A stretch of 63,708 bases of DNA, counting the filler, from Jimgerdemannia flammicorona (Eukaryota), in the NCBI GenBank assembly GCA_003990765.1. It is 2 parts of 2 records of this genome, joined end to end, with 100 filler letters (N's around TTAATTAATTAA, not from the genome) between each part and the next. Parts side by side here need not be neighbours in the genome. Positions count along the whole stretch, not along the records: positions 1 to 31,811 come from RBNJ01000378.1; positions 31,912 to 63,708 come from RBNJ01000379.1. One strand, given 5' to 3'. Below are positions 25,201 to 37,800 of this stretch, piece by piece. The translations under genes and the position numbers were made by a program. The notes under the pieces were generated by a model, which worked only from the letters and a program-made list of their open reading frames with translations, searched no databases and was not told the DNA's origin. The stretch's first letter is position 1. Each line of letters starts with the position of its first letter.

Positions 25201-25887
25201 TCTCTGATTGAGACAATGGAGTGGATCAGGTCTGGCCCTTTGGAGAGATGGCTGCCTGGGTGGCAGAGAGCTGGTATCAGTGAAGACTGAGAGTAGGCTA
25301 GAATTTGGAATTGGGGAGCCTCAGTATACAAGATGGTGCCACCCAAATACTGGGTGATTTGGTGGTGATTTTTAAGGCGTAATGTGATGCTGAGCTATCA
25401 GACTGGCTAGATGGAGGTGGATGGCTGTCGGGACTGTGAGTGGTGTAATGAGATAGATAGAGGAGTGGTTCAGATACCAGAATATGTTCTGGGGGCCTGC
25501 CCAGGTATAGAAGGATTTTGGCAGAGTTTGGAAGGTTACTGGGGCTCTGAGAGGTGTAGGGCAGAGAATCCGACCAGTCTGGTGGTCAAGTGCTGGCTGG
25601 TATGGGAAATTGGTAATATATGGGGGGGCTTTGGTCAAGTTTTAAGGGTCTGGGTCTTGATGGAAGTACATTGGTAGTGGATTTTTGAACAGGACCCATG
25701 GATGGGGATTGGTGAGATGGTAGAGTGGTGGAGGTGGCTTCTCCAGGAGGTGGTTCAGGGATGGTGGTATCAGGGAAAGCAACTTCAACCAGGGGCCTTA
25801 AAGAAGGTGCAGGATATTATACAGAGGAGTCGAGGGTATCTGGTTTTAGATGATTGAGGGGTGAGATGGAAGGAAGGAGTTGGTTGA
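22273..25887 (+). pseudogene. LINE X1 ORF2: AP endonuclease-reverse transcriptase-C-terminal Cys/His motif
   Basis: NVNGL, GGDFN, SDH; LLNVDRKLVSKILA, DQEKAYDRV, QGDPLSP, FVDD, YLG; CxxC...PE(H/Y)VLGAC. Confidence 0.92.
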
Positions 25888-26191
25888 AGTTAGTTGAAGG
25901 GTTCTACTTATATATGTTATGTGATGTTAGTAGTGATTTGTGGTTAGTTGATATTGTATTAGATAGTTTGTAATAAAGGAGTCCAAGTGACTAAAAAAAA
26001 AAAAAAAAAAAAAAAAAAACGATAACCTCACAGCAAAACCATTTGGAGTGAGCTAAGCCACATGGACATCACTTCATGAAAAGTAACACGTTTTCAAGTT
26101 TTCACTTCGTTTATACTGGTGTACAAGGTGCAGCAGAAGTCTGGCAACAGTTCACAATAAGTTTCATTGAAATCCATCAAGTTTTCATGAT

Positions 26192-28060
26192 ATAGCGACC
26201 CAAGACTCATCAAGCTCAGAGTGCTTGGAGAGGAAGAGGCCTGGCCTGGGCCTCTCCAAGAGTTTTGTGGTAGCTGCTGGTCAAGGTGGAGTGGGAGAGC
26301 AGATGGGTGGTCAAGGGCCAGCAGCAGGACTGGATGGTTGGTGCACAGTGATGGAGAGTAAGCAAGCAGCCTCTAGGCCTATGGTGGGGAGGCAGCAGGG
26401 GCATAGTGTTGACAGGGATGGACATCAGGTGACTGGTCAGCTGACTGGCCAGGGACCCAGCAGGGGTCAGGGGTCCTGGGGTGTGATGACTGGGACAGGC
26501 TTTCCTGGGGCTGGACCAGTGGCTGGGGGTGGGACTGCTGGTGGTGCAGTAGCTCCTGGCAAGGTGGTAGCAGGTGTGTCTGGCAGCAAGAATAAGGTGA
26601 CTCTGGCAGCAGGAACTGGGGAGCTGGTTGTATGACCATTCTTCCATAAGTCAGTATCGACATAGGCAGTTTCCGCCAATTTCTTGGGCCTTGGTTTGTC
26701 AGCTAAGGAAATTCTATGACTGGTGGGTGAGGAGGTTGCAGGGGTAGAGTTGCTGAGGTTTATCCCCTCAGCAGAGGCAGTGGAGGTCAGATTTGTAAAG
26801 GAGGAGGCTATGGTAAAGGCCTTGGAGAAGGGGCTGATGGTCAAGAATGTTAAGGTGGGAATGGCAAGGTGCCTGAGATAGGACCCACATATAGTGAGGT
26901 TGATGGTAGAAGGATTGCTGACATTGAGCAGCCAGGAGACTAAGATAGTGATCACCAAGGTGTTGGAAGATTTTGGGGAGATGGTGGATTTCGGATTTAT
27001 TTTCTGGGAGGGAATGAAGTTGAGAAATGGCAATTGTGAGGCAATGGTGTGGCTGGAGGGGAAGGAGACAATGGGCCTGGGGTGAGACTGGCCAGAGGTC
27101 ATTCATGTTGGGGAGCAGGACTGTTGGGTCTGGAGAAGGAAAGGCTCTGAGCAGGAAGAGGAGGAGATGCTGATAGCCCTTGAGAAGCATGATGAGGTGA
27201 AGGCTTTGTGGAAAAGAAAGTGGGAGAAATTTGCTAAAGATTGGATCTGGATTGAGACGGATGGCAAGAGAAAGTGTTGGTATAGAGCAAACTGGGAATG
27301 GCTGCAGGCAGTGTTGTGAGCATTTGCAGAGGAGGAGGTTGAAAGAGTGGCATCTGACAGGAACCAAATGGAAGAGATAGAGGTGGCCAAGGTGTCCTTC
27401 TCCCAGCTGGGGGGAGTGGAAGAATCTGCACATGCACCAGTAACTGGAAAGTGGGCAGATGGTGAGGAGGAATGAGGAGGGGGCTTCAAAGATAATGTTG
27501 AGGTGGTTCTAGAAACTCAGATAGAAGACACAGTGATGGCTAGGTTAGCGAATATATACTGGGAATCTCCAGAAGCAGGGGAGGTAGTGAGGTTGGATAA
27601 GATTTCTGAAGAGGATGAGCTGGTAGATGTTGCCTCAGATATATCTGTGGACAGGAAATTGCTTCAGGAGCTATGCAGGACTCCCAGGCCTATGACTCCA
27701 GGGCCATCAGCAATGGTGGTGGATGGCTGGTTCCAGGCAGTTCTGGAGGAACTGGCAGAGGATGACATTAAGGAAGTGGATATATTTCAGGGCTCCCCAG
27801 AGACATGGGAAGGATTTCTCAAGGTGGCATTGCAGGGACCAAAGCTGGTGACTGCAATGGTAGCAGCCCTTCTGGAGGATGAAGGGTATGAGATAGATGA
27901 TAGCCGAATGGCAGATATTCATAAGGTGGCATCTGAGTGAGTAAACCTCTTCTGTGGTAGTGATAATGGTGAGAGGATTTGGCAGGCTGTTTGTGAGGAG
28001 CATCAAGACATCATTAAGAGCTGAGCTGAGAAGGTGGCAGCAGTGGTGGTGGATATCTAA
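26192..28060 (+). pseudogene. LINE X2 ORF1
   Basis: Starts ATA GCG ACC (likely mutated M-A-T, as in family Y MATNE); fragments 26225-26635, 26894-27085, 27503-27940. Confidence 0.82.
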
Positions 28061-28077
28061 ACTTCAAATTCTCCATA

Positions 28078-31000
28078 ATGAAGTACAACCTACAAATTCT
28101 GTCAATCAACATCAATGGTTTACAAGATGGAGTAAAGTGACAGTATCTGTTTTGGTGGTTGAAAGTCCAGGGGTATAATGTGGTGTTTCTTTAAGATATT
28201 CAGGCCTATAGTGAGGAGGATTATGGATCATGGAGTAAGGAATGGTTCAGAGATACTGGGTGGAGTAAGCAAGTTGGTATTTTGGTTGGAGTTGGAAAGG
28301 GGGAGTTAGTGGATGTGAAATGTTTTGGTAATTGACTAGTGTGGGGCAGATTGAAGGGAGGAAAAGGAGATGGACTCTTGATGGGCTCAGTGTATCTGCT
28401 GGCAGTTGGCAGAGAGCGAAAGCAATGGGTGGAGGAGTGGCTAGCATGGGAGGATTGGATGACTCTAGGGTTAGACATTTTGGGGGGTGATTTTAATATG
28501 GTTAGAGACTATGTGCTAGATCGGTCTGATGGTGGGGCTGGTGTAGCAGTTTCTCCAGGGTTGTCTCAGTGGCTTCAGGTGGAAAAGGGTATAGGATTAG
28601 TAGATGGTATACAATTATGAGCAGGAGATGAGTCAGGCCCCTTTACTAGGTGGCATTCTATAGACAGTGGGATGGTTGGCACACAGATTGATTGGGTACT
28701 AGTAGCTGAACATTGGGGTAATGTTTTCAATGTAGTTGGGGTATGGTGGTGTCCTTGGTCAGACTATTGGGGAGTTGAGGTGAGTGGACAATTCCAGGTG
28801 GTTAATGGAGGAGAAGGGTGTTGGCATCTTAATGTAGCTCTGCTTCGGCATCCAGTGGAGCAAGAGCAGTTTGTGTACTTAGCTTGACAGGAAGTGGAGC
28901 AGTGGGTGGCTGGTGGTCTATCTATTGCTGATTGGTGGGGCAGATTCAAACATCTTGCTGGTGCATATTGGAGAGATGCTGGGGAGGTGGTGGGGAAGGA
29001 GCAAAAGGACAAGGAAAGGAGAGTTGAAAGTGGTCTATGGTGGTGGCTAAAGTTATTAGAGGATGGTTCTCTGTCAGAAGAAAGGAAGAGGCAACTCACT
29101 AGAGAGGTAGTCGACTTACAGGTGATCTTGAGAGAGGTGAAGGATAGAGTAGTGGATGGGCTACTGGCACACCTGAGGGCTAGATAACTGGAAGAGGGTG
29201 AACAACTGACAAAGTACTTATCTGGTGTCCTGAAGGCAAGAAATGTTTGACATAGCTGGTCATTGGTTCTGCGAGATGATGGTGTTGAGGTTACCAGTAT
29301 GATGGAGATGTTGGAGGAGATTTCAGGACATTGGCAGGCTCTCTGGGGTGATGATGAGGTGAGAGAGAGGGTTGGAGTAGGGGATATTGTAGAGGCACCT
29401 CTTGTGTGTAACTGGCCAATGGTGCCATTACCTGCCATAGGAGCTATAGTGCTAGGCAGAGTGTCTTTGGAGGAGATGTTAGAGGTTCTGCAGAAGGTGC
29501 CAAGTGGTTCATCACCAGGGGAGAATGGACTCCCTTGGGAGTTTTGGAAGGGGTTTTGGGTGAAATTTGGAGCTTAGCTGGTTGAAATGGTTAATTTTGT
29601 AGTTGAGGAGGGTCAGTGGATTGGGAATGGAAGCTTAGGTCTGATGTCCTTGTTGTATAAGGAGAAAGGTGACAGGAGGGAGTGGCGTAATTGGCAGCTG
29701 ATCATGCTGTTGAATGTCAACAGAAAGCTAGTCTCCAAAATCTTAGCAGAGAGATTGCAGCAGTGGATTGGAAGACTGGTAGGAGAGGAGCAGAGGGGCT
29801 TTGTGAAGGGTCGGCAGATTAGAGACAGTACTGCCTGGGTGCAAAATGTTTTGGAAGGCTGCAGAAGTTGGCAGGTTGATGGAAGGATGGTCTTCTTGGA
29901 TCAAGAGAAGGCATATGATAGGGTATGGTGGCGTTATCTTGAGGTGATGCTCCAGAAAGTAGAATTTGGTTTTGGAGAGGTTGGAAGGTTGATGGGGCTG
30001 ATGTGAGGCTGTCAAGGGGCAGTGCTGATGAATGGATGGAACAGTCAGGAGTTTGCCTTAGGAAGAGGGGTTCTACAAGGAGATCCTCTTTTCCCTCTTC
30101 TTTACATTCTCTTGCTAGAACCAGTGCTGGCCTGGCTAAGAGGAAGGCTGAATGGATTGTGTATAGGTAAGGTAGTATGGAAGCTGGGAGCCTTTGCAGA
30201 TAACATGGTGGTGGGGCTTGGCAGTGTGGCAGATGTGGACATTTTAAGAGACAGAATTGAACAGAATGAGGAGTTGGCAGGTGTGAAGCTGAATTGGGGG
30301 AAGTGTGAAACCTTAGAGCTAGGTGTGGGCTTAGGGGCAGCAGGGTTTGGATGAGTGGTACCTCCAGGGGAAGTAGTATGGTACTTAGGGATATGGTTCT
30401 CAGTATTCAGGACTATTTTTCCAAAGGAGTGGTGGAGTTCCATGGTTCGAAAATGGGAAGGTGTGCTGACAGGCTGGGCTGGTCGAAACTTTTCTTTGGC
30501 AGGAAGGGTGGTGGTCCTGAATGTATACTGGCTGCTGAAGCTGTGGTATCTGGGCTACCACCTAGATTTTCCTGGATGGGTAGTGCGGCATCTCAAAAAG
30601 GCTATAGAAGGGTGGCTTTGGAAGGAGAGATGGCCACAGATTGGATGGGAAACATTGGTGCTACCAATTGCTGATAGTAGTTTGGAGTTGGTAGACTTTT
30701 GGCGAAGGTTGAAGATGCTTAGGAGCTGGTGGGGTTACCAATTAGTAGAGTTAGGAGAAGAGAGCTGGGGAATTGGAAGATCAGATTCTGCCCCCGGAGT
30801 ACAGAGAGGAAGGATATGTGTGGGCTACTTCAGGTTGAATCTGTGGGGAGGATGAGGTTCAAAGGATTCTGGTGGGGCATTGTTGAGGCCTGGCTTATGA
30901 TGGGCCTAACAGGGCCAGAGGTGGAAGCTGTAGAGGAGGGGGTGGACCCTGAACAGCAGTGGTGGCAACTTGGACTTCTCAGGGTGGGAGGGAAGGAGTT

Positions 31001-31700
31001 GAAGAACTATTCTCTGATCGAGGTAATGGAAAGGGCCAGATCTGGTCCTCTTGAGTGATGGCCAGTTGGATGGCAGACAGCTGGTATTGGTGAGATGTGG
31101 GAATAGGGTAGAATTTGGAGATAGGCAGCCACTTTGAACAAGGTAGTGCCTCCTTGATATTGGGTAGTTTGGTGGAGGTTCCTGAGAAGGAATGTAATGC
31201 TGAATTATCAGACAGGCTGGATGGTGGTTGATGGGTACAAGGATTGTGAATGGTGTGTTGAGATCTTGGGAGAGGTGGCTCAGACCCCAGAGCATGTTAT
31301 AGAGGCCTGCCCAGGGGTGGAGGGTTATTGATGGATGCTGGAGGAATATTGGGGTTCTGATTGAAGGAGGCTAGGAGAGTTGGCCAGTGCTGTCATTTGG
31401 AGGAGACTGGTGGGAGATGTTGGGGATGTTTGGGGAGACATTGGATGGATTTTGGGATTGTGGGTTTTAATGGCAGTACACTGGCGATGGGTCTTTGAGG
31501 GTGAATGTTGGATGGGAATTAGGAACCTGGTGGAGAGATAGCATTGGCTAGTGTGAGAGATAGTATAGGGTTGGTGGCACCAGGGGAGGCAGCAGGATTT
31601 GGGGGTAGTTAAGAAGGTACAAGATATCACTTTGAGGAGTCAGGGTCATTTGATGCTCAGTGAAGGTGGGGTGCAGTAGAAAATTGGAGTGGGTTGATTG
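28078..31700 (+). pseudogene. LINE X2 ORF2 (EN-RT)
   Basis: NINGL, GGDFN, SPGENGLPWEFW, DQEKAYDRV, QGDPLFP, FADN. Confidence 0.92.
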
Positions 31701-31811
31701 GACCTGCTAGGTTTATTTTGCTCAGATAGTAGGGGATAGATAGTTGGTGGGGAAACTTTGTGGTATAACTCATATAGACTAGTGGAATAAAGGAGTCCAA
31801 GTGACAAAAAA

Positions 31812-31911
31812 NNNNNNNNNNNNNNNNNNNNNNNNNNNNNNNNNNNNNNNNNNNNTTAATTAATTAANNNNNNNNNNNNNNNNNNNNNNNNNNNNNNNNN
31901 NNNNNNNNNNN
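31812..31911. other. Assembly gap/linker: N44-TTAATTAATTAA-N44
   Basis: Symmetric 100-bp spacer whose 12-mer has stop codons in all six frames. Confidence 0.97.
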
Positions 31912-32090
31912 ATATTAAAGCTAGTGGACTTTAATCTCAGTACTAAAGTAGAGTGCCAGTGAGGAATGAGTCAGGATTTATAGCCAGTAAGGTGGCAGAT
32001 AGCTGGGATTAGTGAGGAGTGAGACAGGGTAAGCATCTGGTCCTAGAGTACAGAGATATAGAGATAGTGAGACATTCATGCCTCTTTCTC

Positions 32091-32577
32091 TGCTACCTTA
32101 TCAGTCACAATAGTTTGGTAGGCAATCATCCAAGTCCACTTTCCACAATTATTATCCCCTCTACCTCAGGTTGGTTTGCTGTACCTGTTGCAGAGCAGTG
32201 AGAGGGAGGCAATGGTGATGAGTTGTCTCTTTATCAGTATCAGATTGGTGTCTTCTCCACTTTTTTGCAGTTCTGGTACCTTCAGCTACATCTGAAGTAT
32301 ATCTGTTTTGGTGTAGTGCCTTCTTCCTTTTGCTGTTACCAATAAGGTATTGTCTCAGTATATCACAGACTACATAGAGAGTCAGCCAATCTTGGGCATC
32401 AAGTGCTCAGTGTAGGTTACCTGCAGGTTCTCAGTACCTGTAGTGGGGCCCTCTGGCTTTGGTGAGCTTTCCAGTGAGTGCAGTTCTGGTATATGTGACT
32501 GTTTTTCAGATATTATTGGATGGAAGGAGAGATGGCCATCACAGATAGGAGGAAGGGCAATAATGGTGAACCAGTAG
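32091..32577. mobile_element. Probable second member of the hairpin-ended element family, different interior, truncated at the B LTR
   Basis: TGCTACCTTATCAGTCACAATAGTTTGGTAGGC (32091-32123) matches 14656-14688. Confidence 0.55.
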
Positions 32578-33364
32578 TATAATAACTCTCACTTCTACCC
32601 CTCTCTTATCCTTTGGATAATTAGAGAAGTGGACTATTACTTAGTGACTTAGTATACAATGTGTACCAAGAAGCCTTCAGTTTGAGGAAGCACTCACTTG
32701 TAAGTAATTGTAGCAGCAGTGCCTTCTGTTTCAAAGGTCTTTCTCTTGTACTCTATTTTGAGGGTCTTGTTCTTTGCTGTGTACAGACTGAATTTGCCTT
32801 GGAATTCAGGTTCAATGGGTTTACTTAAGTCTTTGGAGATTTATATACCAGTCTCAGTTCTGGCAGAAGTTAGCTAGGCTTCTGGAGTTTAGTCAGAAAC
32901 ACTAGAGTCACTTATATATTATTACTAAGACTCAGGGGAATGTGTGTGTATAGGGGGGGACTTGATTCTTATATTAAGGACTGAACTAAAACTGCTTTAT
33001 TTTGGATGAAAACTGGGGGGTATTTATACAAGTTGGTCTGTAATTTCTGACTAAGTATGAGTAACTAATTTGGTAACTATAATGAGGTTTGTGATCATGA
33101 TCTTTATCAGGTAGTTTTTGGCAAAAAACACTTTATAATCAGGACCTCAATTACTAGGCAATAATCAGCTACTGTGATAACTATTGCTGCAGTGCCAATT
33201 GTTGGGGATAAGCTGAATATTATTTTTTGTATTGTTTCACATTATTCATCATTTGTAATTCATATATTACACTTCATTCATATGATGACGTCATCATCAC
33301 CAGGTCACATGATCACTTGTCTCATCATGTCCCATCTGTTCACTTACTTGTTCATTCTATTATA
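32578..33364 (-). repeat. 3' LTR of Gypsy-B2 (787 bp)
   Basis: TATAATAACTCTC...CTATTATA; PPT AAGGAGGGGAAGGA (minus, 33365-33378). Confidence 0.93.
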
Positions 33365-33400
33365 TCCTTCCCCTCCTTAGAAATCAACATTCTCATTGAT

Positions 33401-34218
33401 TCAGAAATTAAGAACCAGGAGAGAGAAAGATGGGGAATCCTCCTCTGGGTTGTTGCCATCTTCTTCAGTGACAGGGGGGGTAGTTGCTGATGTCTTGCTG
33501 TCTAGGATGGAGAAGTCAATGAGGTCTGCAAATGGTTCTTACATGGGGATGAGTGCTGGTATAGGGGTTCTTCATCTGATGCAATTGGGACCATCCAGGT
33601 AAGGTTCTTGGTCCTTATACCTGGGAATATCCATTCAGATGGGCAGTCCTTCAAAGAGGTCAGAGAGGCCTTAGAGCCATTGGTCTGGGTTATTATTCAG
33701 GAGTGGGCTCTAGTAGGGTTCACAGTCAGTAGACTTGAGGGTGATCCAGGAGTTGGCTTCTTGGGCTACCTTGATCTTTAGTTCATCAACCTCAAAAAAA
33801 GAGAGGTTCTGGAAGTCCTTTAGTTGGACATAGTTGAGGTTAGAGATTGCAAAGAGTGCATGGCACATGATTTGATGGACCTTCTTGGTAAGTCTTTACT
33901 TGTTCCTATCCAGGTGAGTCCAATCAGAGACTTGGTCCATGGGCAGGTCCTTTGCCCATTGGAGGAGTTGATGGCCAATCTCATATTCATGCCAGATCTC
34001 TAGGTAGCTGGTGGCAAGGTAGGCTCTTTCAATGACTTCATGGCAGTTGAGGACATAATGTCCTAGGTTCTGGCTAGAGAGGTTAAGGGTCTCTGAGTGG
34101 TGGTTCCTTCCTTGGATAACAACCTGGATGTGTCCAAAGAGGTGGTCAACCTGGCTTGGGAGGGGCCAACTACAGTGGGCAATTTGGTGGTGGTAGCTTA
34201 GTTGTAGGTAGCAGGTAT
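33401..34218 (-). pseudogene. Accessory 3' ORF3 of Gypsy-B2
   Basis: Reads HCSWPLPSQVDHLFGHIQ...IWHEYEIGHQLLQWAKD...; deamination-type stops, mutated start (ATA) and a 1-bp deletion near the start. Confidence 0.68.
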
Positions 34219-34864
34219 TCTTATCTTATCTTTTCTTTGTGAGGAGAGGGGGATGAGAGTTGTGGGGTATTCTTGCCTTGGGTATTTATACTTATTCACC
34301 CATCTAGTGTGACCTTCCTTTGGTCACACTTTCCAGCAAAATGTGTGACCTGTTGCTATAAGCAGGGTATGTACTGATTACATGAGAAAAATCCTGATTT
34401 TAAAGATATTGTTACTTATAGTTGTGGTTACACAGGGTTAACAGGTCTTGGTCCTCTTTTTTTTTATCTGGTTGGCACATTTGCGAGGACTGGCCATCCT
34501 TGTCTAGGGTGAGAGCTCCCATTGTTATAGCTGGGGGTTCAAACCTCTTGAAAATAGACTTTTCTTATAATCTAAGACAATTCCTAGTAACAATATCTGT
34601 CACATAGATGGGCTTAGACTGGTTTCGACATCATTGGCTTTCCTAAGTTCCATATGAAGCATCCATAATCATTCAGTGGAGATGATACAGATGGTATGAA
34701 ATAGAGTTGTTCAAATACATTTTGCTATAATATGCTAGACTGTCCTTTACTCAGGCTTCTTCTTGTTGGTTATCTATAGTGTTCCTTTTTTTTCACAATG
34801 TTTGGTATTATATGTTTCCAGATAAAATATATGGTATCCTTCTACTTACTGTATACTCCAATAC

Positions 34865-37800
34865 TTAGAGCTGTAGTTCTTTCCTTTGCTGGGGAGTGAG
34901 TGTTTCCATGTAGTCCTGGAGGGCTTCGCATGCATTCTTCAGGGCTTCTTCTTTTTCCCAGATGGCATCATGGGTGGGGTAACCCTTCCACTTGATCAGG
35001 AAAAACCACTTGACTGTTTTGGGATATTTGCGGATCTTGTGGTTAAGTACTTCCTCAATTTCGAATTCCTCATGATCATTGATCCTAATTAGGGGTAGTG
35101 GTGGAACTGTATGCTTAGGGAATGGATTCTCAAGGTAGTCCACCAATTGGCTGATATGGAATACTGGGTGTACTCAGATATTGTAGGGAAGTTGCAACTT
35201 GTAGTTGACTTCACTAATTTTTTCTATTATCTTGTATGGTCCAATTCTTCTAGTGTGGAGTTTTTTAGCTGATTGTTGTACTAGAGTGTCCAGGTAGAGG
35301 TGGTCTGTTCTAAGCATGACCATGTCACCAATGTTATAGGAGACTTCTCTTCACTTCAAGTTTGTATACTTGATCTGATAGTCTTATACTTCTATGAGGG
35401 CATCTCTTGTCATTTGTGTAAGATCAGAAATGGTCTTGGCCAGATCTTGGACTGCTGGGACTACTGATTTTACTGTAGTACTTGGGGTCCTTAGGTGTTG
35501 ACCATGGTTCAGGAAGAATGGAGTCTTCTTTGTAGAGGTTTGCTGACTGTTATAGTAGATAAACTCAGCATGGGCTAGGTACTTGTCCCAATCATTTTGC
35601 TTATAACAGCAGAAGATACTAAGCATCTGTTTGAGAGTCCTGTTGGTTCACTTGGTTTGACCATCAGTCTGAGGGTGGTAGGCAGTAGAGAACTTCAGCT
35701 TGGTTCCATAGAGAGAGAAGAATGCCTTCCAGAAGTTGCTTGTGAACTTGGGATCTCAGTCAGATACAATAGTACTAGGTATACCATGTAGCCTGAATAC
35801 TTGATTGAGGAAAATCTTGGCAATCTCTGGTGCTGTAGTGGTGGTCTTAGTTGATGTAAAATGGACTTGCTTACTTAGGTGGTCCATGAATACCATAATG
35901 GTATCTCATCTTGTCTTAGTCATGGGGAGTTGGACAATGAAGTCCATTGCAATCTGATCCCAGTTATGGCTTGGAATAGACAAGGGTTGCAGAAGTCCTG
36001 CTGGTAGCTTGTTATCACTTTTGAATCTTTGGCATATCTCACATGAGGCCACAAAGTCTTTAATATCCTTTGTTATCTTTGGCCAATAGAACTCTCTTGA
36101 GAGGAGGTTGTAGGTTTTTTTGAAACCAAAGTGTCCTGCTGCAGGAGTATCATGGAGTTCCTGCATGATCTTGAGTCGCAGAATATCATTGTTGGGTACA
36201 ACTACTCTATCATGGTCTCTGTAGATAAGTCCATCATGGTAAGTGAATCTCTTGGCCATTTGCCTCATGGGTTCTGGGACCTCGGCCTCTGGGTCTTGGC
36301 AGTATTGAAGGAATTTCATCAGGGGGCTATCTTGCTAGTAGCCATCCTTGATCATTTGGGTAAGGTCTCCAATTACCTCAACCATGAAGATAAGTCCATC
36401 TTCCATATACCTGGAGAAACCATCAGCCACACAGTTGGTTTTGTCAGAGATATACTTAATTTCTATATCAAAGTTGGCAATGATTTCCATCTAGCAGGCT
36501 TGTCTGTAAGACAGCATGAGCTGTATGTTAATATACTACAGAGTATAGTGATCAGTGTAGGCCACAAATGGTTGTCCTAGAAGGAAATGGCACCATTCCT
36601 GGAGTGCAGTAACAATGGCCAGGAGTTCCTTCTCATGGGTGGTGTACCAGGTCTCAGCTGGCTTGAGCTTTTGGGAAAGGTAGGTCACTGAGCAGTCCTC
36701 TTGGGTGAGCACTGCTCCAATAGCAATGTCAGAGGCATCTGTGGTCAGAGTGAATGGTCTGGTAGGGTCAGGTGCAATTAGCACTGGGGCCTCAGTAAGG
36801 AGTCTCTTGAGATGGTCCATAGTCTGGGTGTATTCTGGGGTCTATTCAGGTTTGATGTTTATGCCTTTGCAGGCCAGGCTGGTCAGTGGGACTGCAATAG
36901 CAGAGTATTCTTAGATAAACCTTCAGTAATAACTGGCAATACCCAGAAAGTGCTGGAGTAGCTTGAGGGTAGTAGGGATAGAAATATTCTTGAGGGCTGA
37001 TACCTTTTGAGGGTCTACATTGATTCCTTCAGTAGAGATGATATGTCCTAAGTACTCAATCTGATGTTGATAGAACTTGCACTTGCTCATCTTGGCATAG
37101 AGCTGGTGTTCTCACAGAAGGGTCAGTACCTGTCTGAGGTGGGTGTAATGTAGCTATACTGTCTCACTGTAGATTAGTATATTATCAATATACACAAGGA
37201 CACAGATGTTGAGGAGTGGTCCAAAGATGTCATTCATCAGATACTGGAATGTTGCTGGTGCATTGGTCAATCCAAAGGGCATGACTCAGAACTGGTAGTG
37301 TCCAAACCATGTTCGGAAAGCTGTCTTCTCAATGTCCTTTTCATCAATGAGAATCTGGTGGTAGCCATTTCACAAGTCTAGTAGGGAAAAGGTCTTGGCC
37401 TTGAAGATTTGGTGTAGCAACTCATCAATCCTAGGTAAGGCATACTGGTTCTTAATGGTGATCTTGTTGAGGGCTCCATAGTCAATACATATTTGCAGAG
37501 GGCCATCCTTCTTCTTAACAAATAGAATGGGGGCTCTAAATGGAGAATGGCTGGGTTCAATGTATCCTTGGGCCAGTAATTTGATCAACTCATCCTTGAG
37601 GGTCTTGAGTTCAGGTTGGGCCAGTTGGTAGATACTCTTATATGGGGGTTCAGATCCTGGAATAAGATCAATTCTATGTTGGATTTGGCACTTGGGTGGG
37701 AGTCCTTGGGAGTCTTGGAATACATCTTGGAATTATTCAAACAGTTCTTGAGCTTCTATTGGGATTGGGCTACTTGTAGCTCCAGTGACTTCTTATACTG

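Larger units (their letters stand above)
20407..26019 (+). mobile_element. L1/Tx1-like LINE family X, copy X1 (5' UTR missing), poly(A) 25993-26019
   Basis: ORF1 plus EN-RT ORF2; ends AATAAAGGAGTCCAAGTGACT-poly(A). Confidence 0.95.
26020..31811 (+). mobile_element. LINE family X, copy X2, probably full length (putative 5' UTR 26020-26191), head-to-tail after X1
   Basis: Colinear with X1; ends AATAAAAGGAGTCCAAGTGAC-A(n) at the gap. Confidence 0.93.

Noticed and set aside
31812..31911. TTAATTAATTAA palindrome
   Set aside because: Artificial scaffold linker inside Ns; adjacency across it is not evidence
31983..31997. GCCAGTAAGGTGGCA as an inverted partner of the hairpin terminus at 32091
   Set aside because: Only 11 of 15 matches and the rest of the hairpin is missing; chance cannot be excluded
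32092..32100. GCTACCTTA resembling the 28S rRNA R2 target site
   Set aside because: Only 9 bp; no flanking rRNA similarity
33401..34218. Calling ORF3 an env gene
   Set aside because: Position is env-like, but no signal peptide, furin site or transmembrane helix is visible
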